A DNA stretch of 60,325 nt from contig CAZXMN010000003.1 in the NCBI GenBank assembly GCA_964641375.1, positions 1-60,325 of the forward strand. The letters are read 5' to 3'. The notes beneath the pieces were generated by a model. The model saw nothing but the letters and a program-made list of their open reading frames with translations, ran no database searches and had not been told where the DNA came from. Made by a program: the position numbers and the translations under genes. Source of the DNA: an uncultured Candidatus Saccharibacteria bacterium (GTDB lineage: Bacteria; Patescibacteriota; CPR2; UBA1875; CAIMLA01). Within the stretch, counting starts at the first letter, position 1. Each line of letters starts with the position of its first letter. Below are positions 29,413-39,444 of the stretch, piece after piece.

Positions 29413-31179
29413 ATGTTTGTAAAAGATGAAAAGAAGTTTGAAGAGACCCTAGAAAGTCTCCAATTGCTGAAGCCCGAGCAATTGGAAATGGTTCGAATAG
29501 AAAGTGCTAGGAGTGGTAAGGATTTTGAGTCTGTCATTCGTGATCTCAACATGATGGATCCCGAGCTCTTGATAAAGGCTAAGGCCATTTCAATGAACTT
29601 ACCATATATAGATCTCTCCAGTACACATGTTGATCAATCAATTCTAAATTTTTTTACGAAGGATTTGGCAGAAAAGTATATGGCGGTGCCTTTTGGTTTT
29701 ACTGGTGGCAATATCAGTGTGGCCATGACAGATCCGAATGATGTTCAGGTTATCGAATTTATCGAGAAGAAAAGTGGCTATCCTGTCTCACCGTATATGG
29801 CTTCGGAAAGTAGTATCAAGAAGGTTATCGAAGAATACCAAGATATTTCAGGAGAAGTTGGCGAGGCTTTGAAAGAAGTTGATCTCGGACCAAAGATTGA
29901 GATCAAAAATAGTGACGACTCGCAGAATCTGGCACAGGACGCGCCGGTTACCAGGGCTTTAAATACCATACTTGAGTACGCCGCCAAGTCACTTGCTTCA
30001 GACGTTCATATTGAACCGAGAGAGAAACAAATCAAAGTTCGTTATCGAATTGACGGCGTTTTGCATGATACCATGAATCTGCCTTCACATATTTTGCCGG
30101 CTCTCGTTTCTAGAATAAAAATTCTTTCAAATATGAAGATTGACGAACATCGCGTGCCTCAGGATGGACGTTTCGATATCAGTGTTGATGGCAGAGATAT
30201 CGATCTTCGTGTTTCTCTTTCGCCGACGGTTTATGGTGAAAAAGTCGTAATTCGTCTTCTCGACAAATCGGGAGGCGTCATCACCCTGGAGGATCTGGGT
30301 ATTAGGGGTCGTGCCTACAAAATAATCGAAGCTGGTACTAAACGTCCGCACGGGATGATTCTGGCGACTGGACCTACGGGCTCAGGTAAATCAACCACGT
30401 TATATGCACTTTTAACTAAGATGAATAAACCTGAAGTCAACATTATTACACTTGAGGATCCTGTAGAATACCAAGTGGATGGGGTCAATCAGATTCAGAT
30501 CAATACTCAAGTTGGATTGACGTTTGCTTCAGGTTTACGCTCAATTCTCCGTCAAGATCCAGATGTCATAATGGTTGGTGAGATTCGTGATGCTGAGACA
30601 GCGAGTTTGGCTGTGCAGTCGGCCTTGACAGGCCATACGGTACTTTCAACAATTCATACGAATAATGCTGCCGGTGTTTTGCCTAGGCTATTAGACATGG
30701 AGATTGAACCATTTTTAATTGCATCTACTGTCTCAACCGTTATTGGCCAGCGCTTAGTCAGGCGACTTTGTCCGAAATGTAAAGAAGCCTATAAAGCATC
30801 TCCAAGTCTAGTAGCTGCAATCAAGAAAGATTTAGCCGGACTTCTTCCGAATAAAAAAGATATTGATGCTAAGGAAAAATTTGAGAATGTCGGCTATGAT
30901 AAACTTCCATTCAACGATGATTTAGAATTCACTTTATACAAAGCAAAAGGTTGTGAAGCTTGTCGAAATACCGGGTATTCAGGACGTATTGGTATCTATG
31001 AGGTTTTCCCTGTATCGAATGTCATGGAAAAACTGTTGTTATCTCACGCAACCACCTCAGAGATTCAGGACGCGGCCGTCAAGGAAGGTATGATTACCAT
31101 GCGACAGGATGGGTTTTTGAAGGCTCTTACTGGAGTAACTTCCATCGAAGAAGTTGTTTCTAAGGCCTCAGAGTATTAG
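29413..31179 (+). CDS. pilB: Type IV pilus extension ATPase PilB (GspE/PulE family)
   Basis: ASDVHIEP, PQDGR, GPTGSGKST, TLEDPVEY, LRQDPD, tetracysteine CPKC...CEAC. Confidence 0.96.
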   Translation: MFVKDEKKFEETLESLQLLKPEQLEMVRIESARSGKDFESVIRDLNMMDPELLIKAKAISMNLPYIDLSSTHVDQSILNFFTKDLAEKYMAVPFGFTGGNISVAMTDPNDVQVIEFIEKKSGYPVSPYMASESSIKKVIEEYQDISGEVGEALKEVDLGPKIEIKNSDDSQNLAQDAPVTRALNTILEYAAKSLASDVHIEPREKQIKVRYRIDGVLHDTMNLPSHILPALVSRIKILSNMKIDEHRVPQDGRFDISVDGRDIDLRVSLSPTVYGEKVVIRLLDKSGGVITLEDLGIRGRAYKIIEAGTKRPHGMILATGPTGSGKSTTLYALLTKMNKPEVNIITLEDPVEYQVDGVNQIQINTQVGLTFASGLRSILRQDPDVIMVGEIRDAETASLAVQSALTGHTVLSTIHTNNAAGVLPRLLDMEIEPFLIASTVSTVIGQRLVRRLCPKCKEAYKASPSLVAAIKKDLAGLLPNKKDIDAKEKFENVGYDKLPFNDDLEFTLYKAKGCEACRNTGYSGRIGIYEVFPVSNVMEKLLLSHATTSEIQDAAVKEGMITMRQDGFLKALTGVTSIEEVVSKASEY

Positions 31180-31202
31180 AATAGTAGTATTGGAGGGTAT
31201 CA

Positions 31203-32267
31203 ATGGCAGAGCTTAAAATCGAAACATTACTCGAAGAGGTTGTAAAGAAGAATTCCTCTGATCTTCACTTGTCCGTCGGTGCTCCTCCGATGCTTCGTAT
31301 CGACGGTAGCCTTGTACCAGTGACGGGAGCTGAAGCTCTGACTGAAGATGATGTCGAGCAGCTTATCTACTCTGTTGTCGATGATGTACAGAAGGATATT
31401 TTACTCAAAGATAAGGAAGTCGATTTTTCCTTCGCTTTTGGTGACATTGCCCGTTTCCGTGCAAATGCGTTTCATCAGAAGGGGAATCTCGGGTTATCAC
31501 TCCGTTTGATACCCACGAAGCTTCGTTCGATTGCTGAACTTGGACTCCCAGAGTCTATAGAGAAGTTTACTTCTGTTCCCCGTGGACTAGTTCTCGTGAC
31601 TGGTCCTACTGGATCAGGTAAATCTACCACTCTTGCTGCTCTTATCGATAAGATAAACACCGAGAAAAGCGTACACATCATCACGATTGAAGATCCTATA
31701 GAGTATACTCATAATAATAAAAAATCTTTGATTGAACAGCGTGAAGTTCACTACGATACACGTTCTTTCGCGGCCGCTTTACGCAGTGCGCTTCGTGAGG
31801 ATCCGGATGTAGTGCTTATCGGTGAAATGCGTGATCTAGAGACTATTTCTGCCGCTATCACGATTGCAGAAACGGGTCACTTGGTTCTGGCGACACTCCA
31901 CACAAATAATGCAGCTCAGTCTATCGATCGTATGATTGATGTGTTTCCGCCATATCAGCAGCAACAGATTCGTGTTCAGCTTTCTAATATTCTACAAGGT
32001 GTCGTTTCACAGAGGCTCATCCCTTCCATTGGTGGTGGACGTGTAGCGGCGGCTGAAATTATGATTTCGACACCAGCTGTCCGTAATATTGTTCGCGAAG
32101 GTAAAACCCATCAACTTGATGCTGTCATTCAGACTGGCGCTGATCAGGGCATGATTCAAATGGACAAAGCCTTGGTTCAGTTGGTGAAAACCGGTCGCAT
32201 CACTGAGGACGAGGCCAAGGGTTATTGTATTGATACCGAGGAATTTTCGAGATTACTACATGGATAA
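31203..32267 (+). CDS. pilT: Type IV pilus retraction ATPase PilT
   Basis: SDLHLS, GPTGSGKST, LREDPD, ATLHTN, AVRNIVRE (AIRNLIRE motif). Confidence 0.96.
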   Translation: MAELKIETLLEEVVKKNSSDLHLSVGAPPMLRIDGSLVPVTGAEALTEDDVEQLIYSVVDDVQKDILLKDKEVDFSFAFGDIARFRANAFHQKGNLGLSLRLIPTKLRSIAELGLPESIEKFTSVPRGLVLVTGPTGSGKSTTLAALIDKINTEKSVHIITIEDPIEYTHNNKKSLIEQREVHYDTRSFAAALRSALREDPDVVLIGEMRDLETISAAITIAETGHLVLATLHTNNAAQSIDRMIDVFPPYQQQQIRVQLSNILQGVVSQRLIPSIGGGRVAAAEIMISTPAVRNIVREGKTHQLDAVIQTGADQGMIQMDKALVQLVKTGRITEDEAKGYCIDTEEFSRLLHG

Positions 32268-32273
32268 AACAAG

Positions 32274-33470
32274 ATGATAGAATACAACTATAAAGCGAAA
32301 ACAAAAGATGGGGACATTCAAACAGGTGTAGTCGAAGCGGAGAACGAATCCGCTGCGGCTAAGGTTCTAACTTCGAAGGATCTCTTTCCAATTCTAGTAA
32401 CGACTAGAGAATCACATTCATTCAATTTCTTGAAAAACGTACCAGTGAAACAGAAAGTGGTTTTTGTTCGTCAGCTAGCTACCACAATCACGGCTGGTTT
32501 GCCTATTGCTCAGGCTATTAATATGATCAAGGATCAAGTTTCAAATGAAAATTTGAAAAATATCTTGGTTCAAGTGGGCAGAGATATTGAAGGTGGTTCA
32601 TCTCTCTCGGCTTCACTTAATCGTTTTCCTGGGACTTTCTCCCAAGTCGATATAACTTTAATAGCAGCTGGGGAGACCAGTGGTTCCCTAGATAAAGTCC
32701 TGATGAGGCTTGCAGATACTACAGAAAGTGATTATCAAATTTCTAGAAAAATGAGAAGTGCCTTTATCTATCCGGGATTTGTACTGGCGGTTGTTATTGG
32801 GGTTGTGATACTGATGTCTGTGTATGTAATGCCACAAATGCAGGGGTTGTTTGATAGTTTTAATGCAAAGTTACCATTGGTAACTAGGATTGTTATAGGT
32901 ACTAGTAATGCTATTAATCATTACGGCCTAATGCTCGTAGCTATAATTGCCGCGATTGTTGGTGCTATCTATTGGTATGTTCGTACTCCGGATGGTCGTT
33001 TTTTGAAGGACAGACTTGTTATAAAAATACCAGTTATTGGGGGATTCCTTATCAAAGTCTATACTTCTAGACTGACCCATACACTAGCAGGACTGGTGGG
33101 TTCGGGCGTGTCTTTAGTCGATGCTTTAGCAATTTCCTCTCGGGCAATGGGTAATAAGGTTTATGAAAATTCGATAAAAGCTGCTAGTGAAAAAGTGAAA
33201 ACTGGCGTAGCCTTATCGGCTTATGTCAATCATGATCATCTATTTGACGCAATGGTACCGCAGATGATTAAAGTCGGCGAAGAAACTGGTGAGCTCGATA
33301 CTATGCTGACAAACCTAGCTAATTATTTTGACGAGGAAGTTGATAATTTTGTAAAAAGTTTATCTAGTATTATAGAGCCAGTTTTGATAGTTGTTATGGG
33401 TGTGTTTGTAGCAATAATCCTGGTAGCCATAATGTTGCCTATTTATAGCATCGGACAATATATCAAATAA
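32274..33470 (+). CDS. pilC: Type IV pilus platform protein PilC (GspF family)
   Basis: Two T2SSF repeats (AGETSGSLD, VGEETGELD...EP), three TMs. Confidence 0.95.
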   Translation: MIEYNYKAKTKDGDIQTGVVEAENESAAAKVLTSKDLFPILVTTRESHSFNFLKNVPVKQKVVFVRQLATTITAGLPIAQAINMIKDQVSNENLKNILVQVGRDIEGGSSLSASLNRFPGTFSQVDITLIAAGETSGSLDKVLMRLADTTESDYQISRKMRSAFIYPGFVLAVVIGVVILMSVYVMPQMQGLFDSFNAKLPLVTRIVIGTSNAINHYGLMLVAIIAAIVGAIYWYVRTPDGRFLKDRLVIKIPVIGGFLIKVYTSRLTHTLAGLVGSGVSLVDALAISSRAMGNKVYENSIKAASEKVKTGVALSAYVNHDHLFDAMVPQMIKVGEETGELDTMLTNLANYFDEEVDNFVKSLSSIIEPVLIVVMGVFVAIILVAIMLPIYSIGQYIK

Positions 33471-33473
33471 GTC

Positions 33474-33501
33474 TTGACTTCAATAACTGTAAGTTTATAC
33501 T
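33474..33501 (+). promoter_or_regulatory. Promoter of pilin copy 1
   Basis: TTGACT-16 nt-TATACT. Confidence 0.6.
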
Positions 33502-33527
33502 TGAGATAAGTAAAAGGAGAGGGAATA

Positions 33528-33956
33528 ATGACACAAAACAAACAGGGTTTTACACTTATTGAATTAGTTGTCGTAATGGCAATTATTGCAGTCTTGGCTG
33601 CATTAATGGTTGCAGCCATTACTGGAGCTAGGACTCAATCTGTAAATACACAGAGGATGGGTCAAGCCAAGACTATTGAGACTGCACTCGAGACCTATGC
33701 AAGTAAACATGCCAATATCTATCCAACATCTGCTGACGTGGTAGCTCTAATGACGGCCTTAGTCACAGACAAGGATCTTAGTACCACAATTTCTAGCGTT
33801 ACGACAGCGAACTTTACTTATCTTTCTGGAAATTCGGGCTCAAACTATGGTTTTGCCGCATGTGCGAATAATAATACTGCTGCACCAACAATCACTTTGC
33901 CAAGTACTGCAGGTGGTTGTACGGGGAGTAGTGTTATTTACTCTACATTCAGATAA
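33528..33956 (+). CDS. Major type IV pilin, copy 1
   Basis: KQG|FTLIEL class III signal with E5; C-terminal Cys pair; strong SD. Confidence 0.93.
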   Translation: MTQNKQGFTLIELVVVMAIIAVLAALMVAAITGARTQSVNTQRMGQAKTIETALETYASKHANIYPTSADVVALMTALVTDKDLSTTISSVTTANFTYLSGNSGSNYGFAACANNNTAAPTITLPSTAGGCTGSSVIYSTFR

Positions 33957-33970
33957 TATAGTAAGATATC

Positions 33971-34000
33971 ATTTAAAAGGCCCTGAGGGGCCTTTTAAAT
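33971..34000. terminator. Hairpin terminator between the pilin copies
   Basis: 13-bp arms atttaaaaggccc / gggccttttaaat, loop tgag. Confidence 0.8.
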
Positions 34001-34050
34001 TTCAAATGGGTATTTGTATTACTATCTTATGGCTTTTAAACAGTGTTTTA

Positions 34051-34078
34051 TTGACTTGTTTAACATAGGGAATATAAT
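34051..34078 (+). promoter_or_regulatory. Promoter of pilin copy 2
   Basis: TTGACT-16 nt-TATAAT. Confidence 0.65.
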
Positions 34079-34101
34079 GAAGATAGTTCTTGGAGGGAAT
34101 A

Positions 34102-34530
34102 ATGACACAAAACAAACAGGGTTTTACACTTATTGAATTAGTTGTCGTAATGGCAATTATTGCAGTCTTGGCTGCATTAATGGTTGCAGCCATTACTGGA
34201 GCTAGGACTCAATCTGTAAATACACAGAGGATGGGTCAAGCCAAGACTATTGAGACTGCACTCGAGACCTATGCAAGTAAACATGCCAATATCTATCCAA
34301 CATCTGCTGACGTGGTAGCTCTAATGACGGCCTTAGTCACAGACAAGGATCTTAGTACCACAATTTCTAGCGTTACGACAGCGAACTTTACTTATCTTTC
34401 TGGAAATTCGGGCTCAAACTATGGTTTTGCCGCATGTGCGAATAATAATACTGCTGCACCAACAATCACTTTGCCAAGTACTGCAAGTGGTTGTGCGGGG
34501 AGTAGTGTTATTTACTCTACATTCAGATAG
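34102..34530 (+). CDS. Major type IV pilin, copy 2 (near-identical to copy 1)
   Basis: Identical to 33528-33956 (offset 574) except 34486, 34495 and the stop codon; start moved to ATG 34102. Confidence 0.93.
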   Translation: MTQNKQGFTLIELVVVMAIIAVLAALMVAAITGARTQSVNTQRMGQAKTIETALETYASKHANIYPTSADVVALMTALVTDKDLSTTISSVTTANFTYLSGNSGSNYGFAACANNNTAAPTITLPSTASGCAGSSVIYSTFR

Positions 34531-34583
34531 ATGCAACTCAAGAGACTTTTTATTGTTTCTAAAATCAAATATAATAAGGGCAC

Positions 34584-35390
34584 ATGCTATTAGAAATCTC
34601 CATTTTGATATTTATTTCGGGCCTCGTTTTTGGCAGCTTTATTAATGCTCTCGAATATCGCATTGAAGAAAAAAAATCAATTGGTGGTCGTTCTTTTTGC
34701 CCCAAATGCAAACATCAATTATCTTGGTTAGATCTATTTCCGCTTATTAGTTTTGTTTATCTAAAGGGAAAATGTAGATATTGTGGTAAAAAGATATCGA
34801 TTCAATACCCTATTATTGAACTTGTAACAGGGCTTTCGTTCTTAGGATTATTTTGGCGTTTCGGGCTGCCTATCGACTTGAGGTCTGTGTTTGTTTTGCT
34901 CCTACTAATATTCATAGCCTTTGTGGCTATTCTTGTCGGCCTCCATGACTACAAGACTACATACATTCTATCAAGATGGGTATACACCGGAATTTTGGCT
35001 GCGATTATTATGATAACAATAAATTACGGCGGCGTATTATCATGGCAACCAATGGTAAACTACATATCTCCTTTTGTTCTTTCTGCATTTATCCCTGGGT
35101 TAATATTTTATTCCATCTATTTTTTTTCCAAAGGGCGCTGGATGGGTGAGGGAGAGTATGAACTGGCAGCTTTGATGGGACTTGCTCTTGGCTTTCCACT
35201 TATCTTGCCGGCATATTACTTTGGTTTTATTGTGGGTAGTATAATAGGACTGATTTTGGTTTACGGTAGTAAGAAAAAGAAAATGAACTCAGAAATTCCA
35301 TTTGGCCCATACTTGATGGCGGGACTCATCTTCGCGCTCATTTTTGGGCAGCAAATTGTCAATCTTTATGCTAGAATATTCTTAGGATAA
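34584..35390 (+). CDS. pilD: Prepilin peptidase (A24)
   Basis: GSFINAL, RSFCPKC...W.D..PLISF...GKCRYC, GEGEYELAA, IPFGPYL; first catalytic Asp in LHDY, second position reads EGE rather than GD. Confidence 0.9.
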   Translation: MLLEISILIFISGLVFGSFINALEYRIEEKKSIGGRSFCPKCKHQLSWLDLFPLISFVYLKGKCRYCGKKISIQYPIIELVTGLSFLGLFWRFGLPIDLRSVFVLLLLIFIAFVAILVGLHDYKTTYILSRWVYTGILAAIIMITINYGGVLSWQPMVNYISPFVLSAFIPGLIFYSIYFFSKGRWMGEGEYELAALMGLALGFPLILPAYYFGFIVGSIIGLILVYGSKKKKMNSEIPFGPYLMAGLIFALIFGQQIVNLYARIFLG

Positions 35391-35404
35391 TATGCGGGGG
35401 TGTC

Positions 35405-36076
35405 TTGGTCCCAAAGGTAAAACATGGGTTCACATTAATCGAAATGATGGTCGTACTTGGTATCATCTCTATTTTAAGTTTGATTTCGGTTGGAGCATTA
35501 CTGGCAAATAGCAATTACCAGAGGCTCAACCAATCAGTGGAACAAATTGTTTCCCTTGTCCGTACTGCCCAAAATCGCTCAGAGGCCATTACCATGGATC
35601 CGAATCTTCCTAGCGGTTCTACTACAAAGGCATGGGAATTCAAGATGGACTCAACCGGAAACTATAGCATTGTCCCATTAAACTCTGATGGTAGTGTACT
35701 TAATGAGCAACAGAGTACTATTATTCCAGATCAAGATAAGGGGAGCTTACCAGCCGGTTCTAATCCCCCGGTAGTAACTATCGGAGGAAACTCGGCCAAT
35801 AATACTTTTTCAGCAGTTTTTACATCACCTTTTGCGAGAGACTATCTGGCGACAACCTTTGATTTTACTCGTACTCAACAATCTGGTTGTGCTTGGATAG
35901 ACGGGAGTGCAGATGCAACAAAAAGACCTGCTAATGATTGGTACTTTGACCCCAGCTGTTCTAGCCAAACAACATATAGCCCTTCGAATCCTGGTTCCGT
36001 GACAATTCTTTTAACTTATAAAAGTAATACAGTAACAATAACGGTGAATAGCAATGGCGATATTTCATATCAATAA
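35405..36076 (+). CDS. Minor pilin (FimT/GspH-like)
   Basis: KHG|FTLIEM N-methylation motif. Confidence 0.85.
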   Translation: MVPKVKHGFTLIEMMVVLGIISILSLISVGALLANSNYQRLNQSVEQIVSLVRTAQNRSEAITMDPNLPSGSTTKAWEFKMDSTGNYSIVPLNSDGSVLNEQQSTIIPDQDKGSLPAGSNPPVVTIGGNSANNTFSAVFTSPFARDYLATTFDFTRTQQSGCAWIDGSADATKRPANDWYFDPSCSSQTTYSPSNPGSVTILLTYKSNTVTITVNSNGDISYQ

Positions 36077-36512
36077 GGGAATAAAGAAGGGCCAAAGTCT
36101 TGTGGAAGTTATGGTGGCGATGTTGGTCATGATGCTCGTTTTTGTAGCGACTGCGACTCTTATTATCCAATCATTAAATCTCGTGACCGTTTCTAGGACA
36201 AAAACCGAAGTTGCCGCTATTGCACAAAGAGCTATGACCGAAGCTATAATTCAAATTAAGACTTCTTGCCCAGTCTATGGCGGGGCCTCAACAATTCCTC
36301 TTTCTTTTACACCAACACCAGCGGGCAAATATACTATTGCTGTCACAACTACCTCCGTCGAACTTCCGGCCAGCGGCGTGACACAGGGCTACACCTACTC
36401 TTTCGATGCATCGGGTTTTTATGAAGTGAAAGTGGCGATGTCATGGAAAGATAAAGGGGCAACAAACCAGAGTACTTACAACCTAACACAATTGGTGGCA
36501 CCAAGTGAGTAA
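36054..36512 (+). CDS. Minor pilin (PilV-like)
   Basis: KKG|QSLVEV motif, VKVAMSW. Confidence 0.8.
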   Translation: MAIFHINKGIKKGQSLVEVMVAMLVMMLVFVATATLIIQSLNLVTVSRTKTEVAAIAQRAMTEAIIQIKTSCPVYGGASTIPLSFTPTPAGKYTIAVTTTSVELPASGVTQGYTYSFDASGFYEVKVAMSWKDKGATNQSTYNLTQLVAPSE

Positions 36513-37098
36513 AAAGGGCATCACATTGATTGAGATACTTGTCGCATCAGCGGTATTTATGACTTTGATGGGTTTGGTTGTTGGCTCCTTTATTGCACTT
36601 ACTAACGCAAAATCATTGAGCGTAAGGATGAGAAACTCTCAAGAGAAATTAAGAGTGTCTCTGGATATGATCTCAAGGCTTTCTAGACAAGCAAGCGATG
36701 TAAATATAGTTGTAGCAGGAGGAGAACAAAGACTTATTCTAACAAATAACCCAACGGACGGACAATCGATCGAAACAGGAGCCCAATTTATCATTGAGGC
36801 ACCTAACTCAGCGGGTTTAAGTAACCTTTATTATCTGGAATGTTCGGGATTAGCAGATTGTTCGAATAGTTTCAGTACAAGATCTAAAACGCTTGGACAA
36901 AATCTTCTTGGAGGAGCTAGTAGCGATGTAAAGCTGATTGTTGGTGGGAGCAACGGCAGCACTTTCAAAAGGACTTTTGTGGATAATATTCCATATTTAG
37001 ATGTTATTTTGAATAGTAGCACTGGTAGCCAGACAAAAAGTGACTACAGTGACAGTCTTTATCTGGAAACAGGGGTGGTTATAGGGGAATCTTACTGA
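36505..37098 (+). CDS. Minor pilin (PilW-like)
   Basis: KKG|ITLIEI motif. Confidence 0.8.
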   Translation: MSKKGITLIEILVASAVFMTLMGLVVGSFIALTNAKSLSVRMRNSQEKLRVSLDMISRLSRQASDVNIVVAGGEQRLILTNNPTDGQSIETGAQFIIEAPNSAGLSNLYYLECSGLADCSNSFSTRSKTLGQNLLGGASSDVKLIVGGSNGSTFKRTFVDNIPYLDVILNSSTGSQTKSDYSDSLYLETGVVIGESY

Positions 37099-39434
37099 TG
37101 AAGCAGACAATTACAAAAGGATTTGCACTCATATGGTCGTTAATACTCATAACGATTTTGCTTATTGTTTCTACGACTGTAGCAACAGCTATCGTCAAAG
37201 AATCTAGAATGTCATTAAACTCTACGGATTCGTTGAGGGCATACTCTGCAGCCCAAACTGGTGTCGATTTAGCCAGAACGCAATTTGTAAATGGCATCGA
37301 AAATTGGCGCAAGACAAACGGGAATACCGATGATGTGTCATATGATTTTAACGGTTTGCTGGCAGGTAATAACGCCAGTTATTCTGTAAAATATTGGCCA
37401 AGTCCGAAATCTCTTATAGAATCAACAGGGACAGTTGGTACGATAAGCAGAAAAATTGATTATACAATGGCAGCTCCTACAGAAGTCACACCAAATAGTG
37501 ACTTAAATGATGCCATCAATGGTCAGAATAATAAACAACTTGTAGCAGATAAGAGCTTTTCTCTATCATTTGACTACTGGGCCCCTACATCGGGTTCAAC
37601 CAACTATATAAGGATACAAAATTCGAACGGTTATATTAATATCGGTCTTACGGTATTTAGCCAAAGTGTAAACGTAGTCTTGTACGAGCACATTAATTCA
37701 ACAGGAACAAATGTGCCAACTCCTGTAGCTGATACAATCTCATCTTTTAATGCGCCTTTGAACACTTTTTCGAATACTCCTTATTCTTATAACATCAAAG
37801 TTGATTATGAATATGATGCTTATTTGAAATATACATTTACAACAAAGGACTCAAATATGAATCCGAAGTGTGCCAAAACGAATGTTTATGATGTATCCGC
37901 AGCCCCTGCATTAGATCTTTCAGGTAATGACAGCCTGGTTTTCTCACCAGCCGTTAGTTTGTATACACCGACAAGCTCTGACAATTTCACTAAGCCAGTC
38001 TTTACAAGTGGTGGCATCTATATGGATAACTTCATAGGAGTTGGCATCGGAGTATCCACGCCTAGACAAATTCTGACAATTTCTAATCCAATTGTCGGTG
38101 GTACTGTGAGCACGGCTGACAACTATATTAATTGTGGAACAGGGGGCAATTCTTGCCAAAATAATTTCGTCAAGGGCGCCGCAGTAACCCTAACGGCCGT
38201 CGCTGATACCGGCTATTCGTTTGGCAGCTGGTCCGGTGGAACTTGTAGCGGAACCGACAGTCAGCCTTGTACATTCACAATAAATTCTGATATAACCGTT
38301 GGGGCCAGTTTCACGACCGGTTCACAGTCCAATCTTATAACCAACGGCGACTTTTCGAACGGTTTCACGAGTTGGAGTGTGGTTAACTTCAGTGGCCCTA
38401 GTTGGCAGCTGGGAAATGAGTCAGGAAACAATTATATTAGCATTACTCATACTGCAGGAACAAATTGGAGTGCCATCGGTCAGGATATGACAAGCAAAAT
38501 GTCATCGAACACAAATTATCAATTAACATTTAGATATAAAGCCGCAGTTGGTACTACTGGTTCGGCAAACTTTAGGCTTGGTGATAGTACTATGGTAAAT
38601 GTTGCGACTATACTTGGCGGTTTCCCAGTAACAGCAGACGGTGCTTGGCATAGTGCCGAGATTGATTTCACTACTACAACATTCCCGCCGGTTTCTGGAC
38701 GTAGTATGCCAATGCTCGGTATTTGGTTCGATTATAATCAGCTAGGAACTTATTACTTTGATGATCTGAGTCTTGTTGCTGGTACACCTTCGGGTGGTGG
38801 GGGAAGCGGAACAAGTCCCGTTATTCTCACTTCTGGCTCTGGTAGTTGGACCGCACCCGCAGGCGTTACATCGGTCACTGTTTATGCCTGGGGGGCTGGT
38901 GGTTCCAATGAAGGTAATCACGGTTATGACCAAGGCGGGGGAGGAGGTGGTGCTTTCACAAAGTCAGTAATGTCTGTTGTTCCCGGTAATACTTATAATT
39001 ATTCAGTTGGGATGGCCAGTACTGGGAATGCTGGAGGTGATACCTGGTTTGTCAATGCTTCTACGGTTCTTGCAAGGGGTGGCGGTTATGCTGGTGATAG
39101 TGGTGGAGCAGCCGGTGGGCAGGCTTCTGGCTGTATTCCTAGCGCTGGTGCCTATTCAGGTGGTAATGGTGGTTACGCCGATACTTCAGATGACTGGGGC
39201 GGTGGTGGTGGTGGAGGAGCAGGCTCTGGCGGAGCAGGTGGGCGTGGCTATGCTGGTGGCGATGCTGGTGGCTCTGGTGGTGCTGGTGGAACAGGAACTT
39301 ACTCAGGAGGATCTGGTTCTGATGGCTCAAATTATTCTGATGCTAGCGCCCCAGGTGGGGGTGGCGGCGGAGATGACGCCTATGGTGATATGGGAGGTAA
39401 TGGGGCTAACGGTCAAATTATCCTAGTGTTCTAA
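37098..39434 (+). CDS. Large PilX-like minor pilin with InlB-B-repeat-like, CBM-like and glycine-rich domains
   Basis: TKG|FALIW (no E5, as in PilX/GspK); AYSAAQTGV; VTLTAVADTGYSFGSWSG...CTFTINSDITVGASF; NLITNGDFSNGFTSW; SGSWTAPAGVTSVTVYAWGAGG followed by Gly runs. Confidence 0.82.
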   Translation: MKQTITKGFALIWSLILITILLIVSTTVATAIVKESRMSLNSTDSLRAYSAAQTGVDLARTQFVNGIENWRKTNGNTDDVSYDFNGLLAGNNASYSVKYWPSPKSLIESTGTVGTISRKIDYTMAAPTEVTPNSDLNDAINGQNNKQLVADKSFSLSFDYWAPTSGSTNYIRIQNSNGYINIGLTVFSQSVNVVLYEHINSTGTNVPTPVADTISSFNAPLNTFSNTPYSYNIKVDYEYDAYLKYTFTTKDSNMNPKCAKTNVYDVSAAPALDLSGNDSLVFSPAVSLYTPTSSDNFTKPVFTSGGIYMDNFIGVGIGVSTPRQILTISNPIVGGTVSTADNYINCGTGGNSCQNNFVKGAAVTLTAVADTGYSFGSWSGGTCSGTDSQPCTFTINSDITVGASFTTGSQSNLITNGDFSNGFTSWSVVNFSGPSWQLGNESGNNYISITHTAGTNWSAIGQDMTSKMSSNTNYQLTFRYKAAVGTTGSANFRLGDSTMVNVATILGGFPVTADGAWHSAEIDFTTTTFPPVSGRSMPMLGIWFDYNQLGTYYFDDLSLVAGTPSGGGGSGTSPVILTSGSGSWTAPAGVTSVTVYAWGAGGSNEGNHGYDQGGGGGGAFTKSVMSVVPGNTYNYSVGMASTGNAGGDTWFVNASTVLARGGGYAGDSGGAAGGQASGCIPSAGAYSGGNGGYADTSDDWGGGGGGGAGSGGAGGRGYAGGDAGGSGGAGGTGTYSGGSGSDGSNYSDASAPGGGGGGDDAYGDMGGNGANGQIILVF

Positions 39435-39444
39435 ATACAAATCT

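Noticed and set aside
33528-34530. Pilin copies as a DGR template/variable pair
   Set aside because: The A lies in copy 2 at one site and in copy 1 at the other, so the pattern is not one-directional; both copies look expressed
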